This document shows, one piece after another, positions 54,712 to 64,000 of a stretch of DNA of 64,000 nt; the first letter of the stretch is position 1; every line of letters begins with the position of its first letter. Source of the DNA: Nitrospirota bacterium (GTDB lineage Bacteria > Nitrospirota > Nitrospiria > Nitrospirales > Nitrospiraceae); NCBI GenBank assembly GCA_963703955.1, contig CAVPGK010000021.1:64001-128000 (forward strand), read 5' to 3'. Under the pieces are notes generated by a model, which was not told where the DNA came from, ran no database searches, and saw only the letters and a program-made list of their open reading frames with translations. Made by a program: the position numbers and the translations under genes.

Positions 54712-55974
54712 TCATCGCGCGAACCAACCCGACGCCCCCGTTAGCCAGCCCTGTTGAACGAGCTGACCGGCAGCCCGGAACAGGGTCTCCTGCTGCTGAC
54801 GTCGAATGTTCAGCTCCGTAGGGATGCGAGTTAACGCCATTCCAAGCTCGCCGGCTTTCGGAATGCGGCGCAAGGCTATGTGCCAGAAGCGACAGGTGGG
54901 AGAATTGGGCGAGTCGGGCGAAATATGAAACTCGCTGAAGGCGGTCACATCAATGGCCTCGTGGGTCATACCCATCTTGTGCAATGTCTCTTTGCGCTGC
55001 TGCAGGAGGATGAAGTCCACCGCCGTCGAGGCATTGCGATCGATAATGTAGTCGTCAGGGAAGACACGAATGTCATCCTGCTCATCATCCCAATCGGAGA
55101 AGTTCGGAGTCGCGTCGATGGAGATCAGCACACATCCTTTTGGAAAGGCATAGGTCTTCTCCTGCAGGGATCTTTGGAGGACCTCGCGCAGAGTCAGAAG
55201 GCCGAGGTTGTCCATGACCGCTGCGTCCGACAGATGCAAATAGGGCGCGTGCTGCTTAAGATGGTCCCGGAGCGCGACCGTATGATAGAAGCCGGGCACA
55301 GCCGCTGAGGCAGTGACCGCGACGGACAGCCGATAGGCGCTCAGGTCCGACCCGATCCGTTGAAAGGTTTCATCGGCGAAGACGAATTTTTTGGGGTCTC
55401 CCATTTCGGATGCGTTAATCAGGAGTTTCGGATGCTTCCGGTTGAGGTCGGCAAAGGTCGCGCCATGAAAGAGGTTCGCGTCAAAGACATCGTACATGAT
55501 TTCCGTGCGGGTAAAGTTGGTCAGCCAGTAGCGCAGGATGTTCCAGGGGAAAAACCAGCGTCCCATGTACCGCAACTGGAAATTTGTGATGAGCCGATCT
55601 TTGACCTCGTCCTCGCTAAAGGTGATTGTCCGGTAGCCGGTGAAGGTCGAATACTCGTGCCCTTCGAGCGAAAAGTACGCAGCAGGGAGGGTCCCACCCG
55701 AAACCGATGAGAGGAAATCGACGTCGTCGAGTACGCCAAGCTTTCGGAGTTCCAGGAGTACTGCGGCGCCAAAGTTTGCCGCACGACTGCCGCCCCCTGA
55801 GAGGGCGATGCCGACAAACATCTCATCCCGACGCTCCGTGTCCCCTACCTCGAAATTTGCCTGCGTGACCTTCCCAGTCCCCTTTTCATTCGGATAGGGA
55901 TGCCAGCTTCCCGGGAGAATTGCGCGGGCGCCCCAGAGACTGGCCAGACAGACGACCACAATCAGATTTCGCAT
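54712..55974 (-). CDS. Exported patatin-like phospholipase
   Basis: Signal-like N-terminus; IALSGGGSRAA, SSVSGG, SAAVPG, LSDAAVMDNLG. Confidence 0.85.
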   Translation of the reverse strand: MRNLIVVVCLASLWGARAILPGSWHPYPNEKGTGKVTQANFEVGDTERRDEMFVGIALSGGGSRAANFGAAVLLELRKLGVLDDVDFLSSVSGGTLPAAYFSLEGHEYSTFTGYRTITFSEDEVKDRLITNFQLRYMGRWFFPWNILRYWLTNFTRTEIMYDVFDANLFHGATFADLNRKHPKLLINASEMGDPKKFVFADETFQRIGSDLSAYRLSVAVTASAAVPGFYHTVALRDHLKQHAPYLHLSDAAVMDNLGLLTLREVLQRSLQEKTYAFPKGCVLISIDATPNFSDWDDEQDDIRVFPDDYIIDRNASTAVDFILLQQRKETLHKMGMTHEAIDVTAFSEFHISPDSPNSPTCRFWHIALRRIPKAGELGMALTRIPTELNIRRQQQETLFRAAGQLVQQGWLTGASGWFAR

Positions 55975-57805
55975 GCCGTATTCTCCCTCTCTGCAATGGT
56001 TGGATCACCGACACCGCGCAGGCCCCCTCAGAGCGCTGCGCATCCGTTCGGGGTCAGAATATCAATCACTATGCCGGTTGTGGACTCGTGTCAATGCCGG
56101 CAGGCGACTAAGCGTGGGTTGTTTTCCTCTTTTCTCTTCTCCCGATGATGCCTTAGAATTGATTCCCATACCGGCCGTTGAGGCCGGCCTCACAACAGAG
56201 ACGTGGTCACCCGTGCCGGCTCCCATCGAAGGAAGGAACATCGAATCGCTGAAGGAAAGTTTAGCCACGGTACTTCCGCTGTTCAATGTCGCGCGGGCGC
56301 ACCTCCAGATGGGCCGCAGCTCCTGGCTCTATGACTCCTCTGCTGACGGGTTTATGCACGTCGAAGCGCCTATTCGGTTCCAGGGGACGGTCTTCTCCTT
56401 CCCCGACGGAGCTCTCACCCTAGCCGAGCCTATTGGGTCCAGCACTCGGGAGTTACTGGAAGCCTTTCTTCGGACCGCGGTCGAGACCGCCCGGACCCGT
56501 GACCTGCTGAACACGGTCTTCAAGACAAGCCTGGCCCTTTCTTCAAACCTCAATCTACGGGCGCTGCTCAGGGATCTGATGGCGCTGACAGAAGAGGCGC
56601 TGGGAGCCGAAGCCGGCTCTGTGATGTTGTTGGATCACACCAAGTCCACCCTCTACTGGGAACTGGCCGAGCGCGATCCGGCAGGTGTGCTTGAGAGACG
56701 GTCCTTACCTGTCGGTGAAGGTATCGCAGGAACGGTAGCCAAGACTGGGAATGCCATTATCGTCGCCGACGCACAGCGTGACCCGCGTGTGGCGAAATGG
56801 GTCGGTCAGGCGATCGGCTTCCAGACACGTTCGATCCTGTGTGTCCCGATGCGCTGTAAAGGGGAGGTCATCGGCGTGCTTCAGGTGCTCAACAAGATGA
56901 AGGGGATCTTCGGGAAGCAAGACGAGGAACTGCTGGAGCTGATCGCAGCCGAGGCCGGGGTGGCCGTTGAGAACGCCAGGCTCTATGGCACTCTCGAAGA
57001 GCGGGTTCGTCTCCGCACGGAGGAACTTTCCGCGGCCAACGCACAGTTTAGCCGCACGCTCGATCAGCTCAAGGCGACGCAGACCCACCTCGTCCAATCC
57101 GAAAAAATGGCAGCGCTTGGCAAGCTAGTCGGTGGCATCTCCCATGAGATCAACACTCCCCTCGGCGCAATCACGAGCAATACCAACCTGCTTGACCGTG
57201 GGTTCAAACGACTGACCGGGTCGGTGGACGGCCAAGGGAAAGAGTTACTGACGACCTTGGACCCTCTGCTCCAGACCAACACGGAGGCGTGTCGGCGGAT
57301 CTCCGCTATCGTTAAGAATCTCAAGACTTTTGCCCGCCTCGACGAGGCTGAATGGAAGAGCGCGGATCTTCGGGAGGGAATGGAGACCACGCTCACGCTG
57401 GTCCATCACCTTCACAAGGGTCGCATCGAGATGATCCGGGAGTATGAGGCGATTCCACCTGTGGAATGCCACTCCGGGCAGATCAACCAAGTTTTCATGA
57501 ACTTGCTGGTGAACGCCATTCAAGCCATTGAGGGGGCCGGAAAGATCTGGATCAGGATGGGACTGGATATGTACAGTGTGAAGGTGGAGATTCAAGACAC
57601 AGGGATCGGCATCGCGGACACCCACCTCCCGAAGATCTTCGACCCCGGCTTCACGACAAAGGGTGTCGGCGTCGGCACGGGGTTGGGACTCTCGATCTGT
57701 TACCAAATCATTAACGAGCACCACGGAAGGATCCAGGCCTCGAGTCAGCAAGGAGTGGGAAGCACCTTCACGGTACTCCTACCCATCTCGCTTCGGAAAC
57801 AGTAG
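55973..57805 (+). CDS. GAF-domain sensor histidine kinase; true start probably downstream of 55973
   Basis: GEGIAG...TRSILCVP GAF domain; QSEKMAALG, SHEINTPLG, FTTKGVGVGTGLGL. Confidence 0.85.
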   Translation: MPYSPSLQWLDHRHRAGPLRALRIRSGSEYQSLCRLWTRVNAGRRLSVGCFPLFSSPDDALELIPIPAVEAGLTTETWSPVPAPIEGRNIESLKESLATVLPLFNVARAHLQMGRSSWLYDSSADGFMHVEAPIRFQGTVFSFPDGALTLAEPIGSSTRELLEAFLRTAVETARTRDLLNTVFKTSLALSSNLNLRALLRDLMALTEEALGAEAGSVMLLDHTKSTLYWELAERDPAGVLERRSLPVGEGIAGTVAKTGNAIIVADAQRDPRVAKWVGQAIGFQTRSILCVPMRCKGEVIGVLQVLNKMKGIFGKQDEELLELIAAEAGVAVENARLYGTLEERVRLRTEELSAANAQFSRTLDQLKATQTHLVQSEKMAALGKLVGGISHEINTPLGAITSNTNLLDRGFKRLTGSVDGQGKELLTTLDPLLQTNTEACRRISAIVKNLKTFARLDEAEWKSADLREGMETTLTLVHHLHKGRIEMIREYEAIPPVECHSGQINQVFMNLLVNAIQAIEGAGKIWIRMGLDMYSVKVEIQDTGIGIADTHLPKIFDPGFTTKGVGVGTGLGLSICYQIINEHHGRIQASSQQGVGSTFTVLLPISLRKQ

Positions 57806-57810
57806 TCCCT

Positions 57811-59307
57811 ATGGGTCGACCCGCGACAGAGTTCTTCGATTACCTCGTCGTCAGTGACCTGCATCTCCAGGAGGTTGATCTGAACCCCACCGGGCGCCTC
57901 TTTTACTTCGACCAGGAGTTCACCGACTTCCTCCGATATTATCGCCAGCGCTACGAGGGAACCCGGCGATGGAGATTGATCATTGCGGGGGACTTCATCG
58001 AGTTCTATCTCAGAGTCCACGAACAACCGAATCCTGACGACAGGTTGCTCAGAGGGGCCACCCTTACTGAGACGGACTTGAAATTCTTTCCCGGCACCGA
58101 ACGGCAGAAATCCGTTTGGAAGCTGGACCGGATTGTCAGGAGCCACCAGTTGCTCTTCATTGCGTTGGCTCGTTTCATCCTCGAAGGGCATGAGATCTAT
58201 GTTCTCAGAGGCAACCACGATCTCGAGTTCTTCTGGCCGGAGGTCCAAACCCACTTCCGCTTATTGCTGACCCAGTTTCATCCTGCGGAGGCAAGCTATT
58301 TGGAAATGAAGAAGGTCGTCGAAGAGCGGATTCACTTCCTTCCCTGGTTCTATCTGGAAAGGGACCTGTTGTTCGTAGAACATGGGCATCAGTACGACGC
58401 GTACTGTTCCAGCGCGCACAATCTCTACCCAGTGCTGCCCCACAATCATCAGGCGCTTGAGTTGGCCCTTTCAGCCTTCGTCCTGCGGTATTTCCACGCG
58501 CGGATCAAGCACATGGAACTGGCGGCGATGGAAAACATCAACTCAATCCCAAAGTCGTTCTGGCACCTGATTCGAGACAATCGGGATCAAATTCTACGGA
58601 TGCCGTTCTATTTGCTGGAGATGGTCGTCCGCATATTGAAAAAGTTCCGGCCGGTCCAGCCGGCTCTGGATCTACCTATACAGGAGATGGAAACGAAGAT
58701 CCGAGAGAGCCTCAAGGCGACCTACGGTCTTTCGGATGAGCATCTGCAGATCATTGAACGGCTTGCGCGACCGCCGGTACTGCTCAGTCGATGGCAGACG
58801 ATCAAGTGCTTCTCTCTGGATCTCCTCATCGCCGGTATCGCTGCCCTGTTGGTCGGCATCGGCCTTTCTCTGACTGCGTCGACCTCGACGTGGAGATGGG
58901 CGCCTGTCGCGGTCTCCTGCCTTGTTGTCCTGGCCCTCGTGTTCCTTGGAAAGGCACGCCTTGCCGCTTTCAACGACCATCGCAACCTGCGGGATATTGC
59001 TCGTACCATCCGCGACACTCTTGCGTGCCGGTTTGTCGTCTTCGGTCATTCTCACGACCCCGATGTGTACCCGCTCTCCGCCTCCAAGGGCCAGTGGTAC
59101 TTTAACGTGGGGACTTGGGCGCCTCGCAGCAAGGAATCGCAGTTCGTATACCTGGAAATCACCGACACGCAGATAAGCCCGTCAGCCCATCTCATGCGAT
59201 GGGACCGGAAGAGCGAACAGCCTCTTGAGTTGGACATGGCGAGTTACGTCAAGGGAAGCGCGGAGAGAGAGGCCATGCTCGCGGGAGAGAGAGCGGGATT
59301 GCGCTAG
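57811..59307 (+). CDS. Calcineurin-like metallophosphoesterase with an inserted TM hairpin
   Basis: VVSDLH, AGDF, RGNHD, EHGHQYD, FGHSH and NVGTW; two hydrophobic helices before the last motif. Confidence 0.85.
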   Translation: MGRPATEFFDYLVVSDLHLQEVDLNPTGRLFYFDQEFTDFLRYYRQRYEGTRRWRLIIAGDFIEFYLRVHEQPNPDDRLLRGATLTETDLKFFPGTERQKSVWKLDRIVRSHQLLFIALARFILEGHEIYVLRGNHDLEFFWPEVQTHFRLLLTQFHPAEASYLEMKKVVEERIHFLPWFYLERDLLFVEHGHQYDAYCSSAHNLYPVLPHNHQALELALSAFVLRYFHARIKHMELAAMENINSIPKSFWHLIRDNRDQILRMPFYLLEMVVRILKKFRPVQPALDLPIQEMETKIRESLKATYGLSDEHLQIIERLARPPVLLSRWQTIKCFSLDLLIAGIAALLVGIGLSLTASTSTWRWAPVAVSCLVVLALVFLGKARLAAFNDHRNLRDIARTIRDTLACRFVVFGHSHDPDVYPLSASKGQWYFNVGTWAPRSKESQFVYLEITDTQISPSAHLMRWDRKSEQPLELDMASYVKGSAEREAMLAGERAGLR

Positions 59308-59491
59308 GAGTCTGTCCGAGTAATCCTTCGTTGCGAGGCGAAGGAGGTGCGGGAAGATGCGAGGCCGCAGGCTCAAAAAGACCGGAGGCGTATTCGCTGG
59401 AATACGTTGAGGATTGTGTCGGGCCGAGAACGACGCAGATGCTTGCAGATCGTTTGCCGCAGTAGAGCGGCATTACTCGGACAGACTCCTA
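59305..59491. mobile_element. MITE with perfect TIRs and TA flanks
   Basis: TA-ggagtctgtccgagtaat ... attactcggacagactcc-TA; 185 bp between the TA dinucleotides; too short to encode a transposase. Confidence 0.85.
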
Positions 59492-59534
59492 AGCTTGCCG
59501 GGCGAGGTAAAGCTTGGCCCTGCGCGACCGGATG

Positions 59535-60011
59535 CTAGACTCGTTGCTGAAGCTGGCCAAGCTGCCGGTCGAGATAGCGCAGCTTCGCTTCCAGCTCCTG
59601 AACGTATTCCTGTAGCCGATAGATCAACGCCCGCTCGTTCAACCCGCTCTCGATTATCCGAAGAAGATCGTCGTTATTCCACGGCTTTTCGAGGTACTGA
59701 TACAGACGAACTTCGTTGATCGCGCGGACTGCGCTCTCCTTATCGGCATAGCCGGTGAGAACGATCAGGTGGATGGCCGGGTACAGTCTTCGTACCTCCT
59801 TCAGGAACGTGACGCCATCCATATTGGGCATCAAGTAATCCGAAATAGCGAGGTCGATCGAATTGCGGCGGATGGCATCCAAGGCCGCCTGAGGCGTCGT
59901 GAACGTGAGCACCTTGTGGTGGGGCATCTCGAGTGAGAGCAGCGTACGAAGGCTGTTGACGACACTTTCATCGTCGTCAACAATCAGGATCCGTTTCTGG
60001 TTCTCACCCAT
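59535..60011 (-). CDS. Response regulator (receiver plus short coiled coil)
   Basis: ILIVDDD, ISDYLMP, LTGYAD, EKPW. Confidence 0.92.
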   Translation of the reverse strand: MGENQKRILIVDDDESVVNSLRTLLSLEMPHHKVLTFTTPQAALDAIRRNSIDLAISDYLMPNMDGVTFLKEVRRLYPAIHLIVLTGYADKESAVRAINEVRLYQYLEKPWNNDDLLRIIESGLNERALIYRLQEYVQELEAKLRYLDRQLGQLQQRV

Positions 60012-60274
60012 GCTTCATCGCCTCAGAGGTATGGATCGTTCTGAATAAGTAACAAACTCATTGTACGAACAAGTGAGACGGTAATTCAACAGAATTTCCG
60101 GTACTGGATTAGCCCACTATCGAAGTTCCATGCCCCACTGTCCCGGATTCAACTGGGATCCTCCCTCACCTTACTCCCTTGTGCAGTGATCTTGCCCGAA
60201 TGGCGACGGAAAAAGTGAGGACCAAGTCCTGACGCGAGAAGCGATAGGAGGGTCAGACTATGACCCTTGACGAC

Positions 60275-62599
60275 TCACGTCTCACGTGGTCCGGTGGGCA
60301 ATGTAACGTAGAAGCGGCTGCCGTTGCCTTCGCGGCGCTCCACCCAGATGCGGCCGCCGTGCAGTTCCACGAGACTTCTTGCGATGGCGAGCCCCAGTCC
60401 TGCGCCCCGCGTTTCCGACGGGGTCGAGTCGGCTCGGTAGAACTTCTCAAAGACTCTCTCAGCCTCACGGGGCGCAAGGCCGCGTCCCGTGTCCTCCACG
60501 CACATCCTCACCGAATTCGCGTCAGGCCGATCTGATTTGACGATCACTTGGCCGCCACTGGGGGTGAACTTGATCGCATTATGAACCAGATTGCTCAACA
60601 CCTGATGGAGCTTGTCTCTATCCCCCTGAATCGTCGGCAGGTCGCCCTGGTGTTGCATGCTCAGGGCAACGGATTTCTCCTGCGCGATCCTCTGCAGGCT
60701 CTCCACCACCTCCGACACCAGATCCGGAATGGAGACGGGAGTCACGTACATGTCGATCCGACCGGCTTCGATTCTCGAGAGATCCAACAGATCGTTGATC
60801 ATCCTCGTGAGCCTCTCCGTATTGTGATTGACCCGCGTGAGGTACGCGATCTGTTTTTCGGTCAATTCGCCCACGAGGCCGTCGAGCATATTCTCCACAT
60901 AGGCTTTGATCGAGGTCATCGGCGTGCGAAGTTCATGCGACACCGTGGAGACAAACGCCGATTTGAGCTGGTCCAACTCCCGCAGCTTCTCGTTCGCGAT
61001 CTGAAGCTCGCGATTGACCTCTTCAAGCGCCCCGGTTCGCTCACGGACTTTGCTCTCGAGGCTGATGTTGAGCGACTCGATTTGGCGGTAGGCCTCCGCA
61101 TGATCCAACGCAATGGCCAACTGGTTGGCCACCGTGACCATGATATCCAGGTCCTCCTCATTCAGCGCATGCTCTTGTAGCCGATCCACCGTGAGCGTGC
61201 CGATCACCCGATCCTTGACCTTCAGCGGGACGGAGATAAACGATTGCGCGCGGGTGAAGGCCGCCAGTTGCTGCGTGAACGGGTGCAGGTGATCCCACAC
61301 CTCTCGGATATCTTTGACCAATATCGGTGTTCCTCCGATCTGCACTCTTCCTTCAATGCTGTTCGGATCGGTCACGGGGGTTTCGAGCGAACGGGCAAAG
61401 GCCGCCACCTCGGCCGGCGTGCCGATCGATCGAGCGTCATACGAGACCTGCCGGATGGGATCGTAAAACGCGATCATGACTCGATCGTAGTGGAGATTCG
61501 AGTGGATCGTCTCCAGCGCCGTTTGAAGCAAGACCTCACGATCCAGGGTGGAGCTGACGAACACGCCGGTTTGATGAAGCAGCGTCAATTGTCCCACCTT
61601 CCGCTTCAACTCCACCGTGACCTGTTCTTGGACTAAATAGGCTTCACGAAGCTCTTCATGTCTGGCGTCGACGAATTCGAGCTGTTCTTGGATGAGTCGC
61701 TCTCTGACCTTGATGCCCTCGGTGAGCCTCCACCATTCGTTCGCAAGCCATGCGGCCGCCGCGGGAATCAGTGCGATGATCGCGGCTTCCGCAAGACCGG
61801 CGGCGGGGTTCCGAAGCCGCATGTACGCAAACGCCGCTAGCCAGCCCAGACTCGCCGCCACCGGCCCGACGAAGCTGGGGTGGTCTTTTGGAACCCACCT
61901 AAATTCCCATTCACAATACTCCGCACCATCGGCGATACAGGTCCGGTCGATAACGGTGGCCGGTTGAAGGGAATGAACTTGTTGCGGCACCGCCGCCAGA
62001 CCGGCCTTGGACGACTGACAGATCAATTCCGCGCACGCTTTCCGATAGGGACCGAACTGCTGATACACGTGGTCCGTGAATTTCATGCGAAGCACCGCGG
62101 ATCGGTCCGTGATCGCGCCGGCCTCGAAATGAATAGATCCCTTGGCGAACTTCTCGCCGAAGTGCGAAAACATTTTATAGATCTGATGAACCGGAAACGG
62201 GCGACCCAATGTTTGGATAATGGGGGAAATGAACTTCTCTTGTCCGACATGGAACTGGAACAGGGGATCTTTCGAAACCTGCTTGCACAATTCACCGAGG
62301 TAACACACAAATTCATACGAGTAACTGTTCCAGACGTTCTGAAGAAACTTCGGCGTAACATGATGCGCCACATCGCGCTGGCGCTCATTCAACTTCTGGC
62401 ACAATTCTTCGACTGCTTGCCTGCCCGCCTTCGGGCCCCCGGTTCGGCTCACCACCTCTTCGAGGTAGTCCACGTTGGCCCGAACGGTGACACCGCTGAC
62501 ATCGCGGATCTTTTCGCCGCGCGAATTGATCCCGAACGGCGGGTATTCCATATAGGCCCGCTCGAGAATCCGGTGGTCTTTGGAGAGCAACTCTGTCAC
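60275..62599 (-). CDS. Sensor histidine kinase: V4R/H-NOX-like domain, 2 TM, GAF, HisKA, HATPase (copy 2)
   Basis: Colinear paralog of 26781-29141 ([55 protein letters not shown]). Confidence 0.88.
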   Translation of the reverse strand: MTELLSKDHRILERAYMEYPPFGINSRGEKIRDVSGVTVRANVDYLEEVVSRTGGPKAGRQAVEELCQKLNERQRDVAHHVTPKFLQNVWNSYSYEFVCYLGELCKQVSKDPLFQFHVGQEKFISPIIQTLGRPFPVHQIYKMFSHFGEKFAKGSIHFEAGAITDRSAVLRMKFTDHVYQQFGPYRKACAELICQSSKAGLAAVPQQVHSLQPATVIDRTCIADGAEYCEWEFRWVPKDHPSFVGPVAASLGWLAAFAYMRLRNPAAGLAEAAIIALIPAAAAWLANEWWRLTEGIKVRERLIQEQLEFVDARHEELREAYLVQEQVTVELKRKVGQLTLLHQTGVFVSSTLDREVLLQTALETIHSNLHYDRVMIAFYDPIRQVSYDARSIGTPAEVAAFARSLETPVTDPNSIEGRVQIGGTPILVKDIREVWDHLHPFTQQLAAFTRAQSFISVPLKVKDRVIGTLTVDRLQEHALNEEDLDIMVTVANQLAIALDHAEAYRQIESLNISLESKVRERTGALEEVNRELQIANEKLRELDQLKSAFVSTVSHELRTPMTSIKAYVENMLDGLVGELTEKQIAYLTRVNHNTERLTRMINDLLDLSRIEAGRIDMYVTPVSIPDLVSEVVESLQRIAQEKSVALSMQHQGDLPTIQGDRDKLHQVLSNLVHNAIKFTPSGGQVIVKSDRPDANSVRMCVEDTGRGLAPREAERVFEKFYRADSTPSETRGAGLGLAIARSLVELHGGRIWVERREGNGSRFYVTLPTGPRET

Positions 62600-62948
62600 A
62601 GTCGGTTCACAGACCGAGGACGGCGAACGCCGGCGGCCATCGCCACCCTACATACTATTCCAGCTCACAATTGACGACCAAGAGTCCATTCCTTCCCTCG
62701 CTCCGGCGAACGATCGGCGGAAGATCTTGGGCTAGGGTAAATCCGCTATCACTGCCAATTGGACCAGGCCCCTTAGTCAACATATAACTTACGTAGGCGG
62801 CTCAAGACAATCCCTGCGGTCGCAGTATGTTACCACGGTCACCGTGTCGTACAAACAAGGACGACCAACCAACTGGGGATGACACTGGAGTCGGTGCGGG
62901 GAGGATGGTGCGCGAGGGACCGATCTGGCACTGAAAAGGAGACGAGCG

Positions 62949-64000
62949 ATGGCCAATGCACCTAGTAACGGACCCAACAACCTGGTTCGGGATCTTCAGA
63001 AGGCGAAAGACGATCTCATAGCCGGGCTCGCCAAGGGCGACGCGCGCGCGACCGAGACGCTGCGCGTCCGGTACGACATGCTGCAGAGCCGCTGGCGCGC
63101 GAAGGCGCAAGCGCGCATCGAACAAATCCGAACCACGGCCGCAGCGCCCGCTCCGCCCGCCACCCTCAACGCACAACTCTATCCGTTTCCTCCCGCGCCG
63201 GTCGCACCGGGCGTGGGGGTCTGCCTCTCAGGCGGTGGCTCGCGCGCGGCGTCCGCTTCGATGGGCGAGTTGCGAGGGCTGCGCTCGCTAGGCTTCCTGG
63301 ATCAGGTCTCTGTGCTCTCGACGGTCTCCGGCGGCTCATGGGCCGGTGTCCCCTTCTCCTATTTGCCCGCGGACGTTTCGGACGATGAATTCCTGGGCGG
63401 TGTCGTTCCCAATCCCGAAGACCTGACCTGGACTCATCACTCCGGCGAAGATCCTGCCCGCGCGCTCGATCTTCTCTCCGACCATGCGCTCGGCAGTCTC
63501 TGCACGCGCGTCGGACTGCTTGAGTTTCTCGCCAAGGCCGCCGAGCTGTTGGAGTATTACCGAGACTCGCCGCACGTGCTCTGGTGCCGAGCCGTCGGCG
63601 CGCTGATTCTCGAACCGTTCGGGCTCGGCGACATCACCCGGCAGCGCTCGCCGGCCACCTACTTCAGCGACACCAGCGAATGGCTCAACACGGTGATCCT
63701 CGGGGGTGGCCGGAATCCTGCGTTGAGCGCGTCGGACTTTTATCTCGTGCGGAAACCCGGGCGGCCGTACCTCGTCACGAATTCCACGCTGTTCTATCCC
63801 GCCGGCGTGCACCTTCGACGTCCCGCGCCCGGAAGCCCCGGACTTCAGCCGTATCCGTTCGAAGCCTCGTCAAAGGGAGTCGGGGTGCCGTTTCCGTTGC
63901 AGAAGGACCTCGGCGGAGAGTACGTCGATCCGTTCGCGTTCGGAGGTCAGGCGCCGACTACTGCGCCCGTGCAGGACCGCATTCAAGTCGCTACCCCATT
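62949..64000 (+). CDS. Patatin/cPLA2-like phospholipase, 5' part; runs off the window and is absent from the ORF track
   Basis: Manual translation MANAPSNG...GVCLSGGGSRAASASMG...LSTVSGGSW; AAAGGAG RBS. Confidence 0.82.
   Translation, partial: MANAPSNGPNNLVRDLQKAKDDLIAGLAKGDARATETLRVRYDMLQSRWRAKAQARIEQIRTTAAAPAPPATLNAQLYPFPPAPVAPGVGVCLSGGGSRAASASMGELRGLRSLGFLDQVSVLSTVSGGSWAGVPFSYLPADVSDDEFLGGVVPNPEDLTWTHHSGEDPARALDLLSDHALGSLCTRVGLLEFLAKAAELLEYYRDSPHVLWCRAVGALILEPFGLGDITRQRSPATYFSDTSEWLNTVILGGGRNPALSASDFYLVRKPGRPYLVTNSTLFYPAGVHLRRPAPGSPGLQPYPFEASSKGVGVPFPLQKDLGGEYVDPFAFGGQAPTTAPVQDRIQVATP

Overview
64 kb of GC-rich bacterial chromosome. Gene content and style (DUF3015 lipoprotein, system II cytochrome c maturation, squalene-hopene cyclase, Slr0320-like radical SAM next to ubiE) suggest a Nitrospira-like member of Nitrospirota; this is inference. 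1-22 kb is housekeeping: shc (partial), smc, ispH, phoB/phoR-like pair, pit plus DUF47, fabH, bamD, a geranylgeranyl reductase, ccdA, two TlpA/ResA thioredoxins, resC, resB, metK and ahcY. At 22.6-25.8 kb an AT-richer PD-(D/E)XK-like gene is cut by a complete IS1380-family element. At 29-36 kb is a minus-strand redox/cofactor cluster: a UbiE-like methyltransferase, an Slr0320-like B12 radical SAM, a USP-USP-PCP_red-rubredoxin-PCP_red-PCP_red protein, a radical SAM/SPASM enzyme with its own PCP_red domain, and a CopD-like membrane protein. uvrA lacks its insertion domain. At 40.8-50.1 kb is a complete class III polyhydroxyalkanoate (PHA) island with candidate phasins, a PhaZ7-like hydrolase, a CopG regulator with a phased operator array, and a PHB depolymerase. 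At 52-64 kb are a HerA-like ATPase, two patatin-like lipases, a GAF kinase, a membrane metallophosphoesterase, a response regulator and a second copy of a V4R-domain kinase. About 13 frameshifts in otherwise intact genes look like sequencing errors. The best candidates for undescribed systems are the PCP_red/USP/radical SAM module and the accessory parts of the PHA island. All family assignments come from reading motifs by eye; no database was searched.
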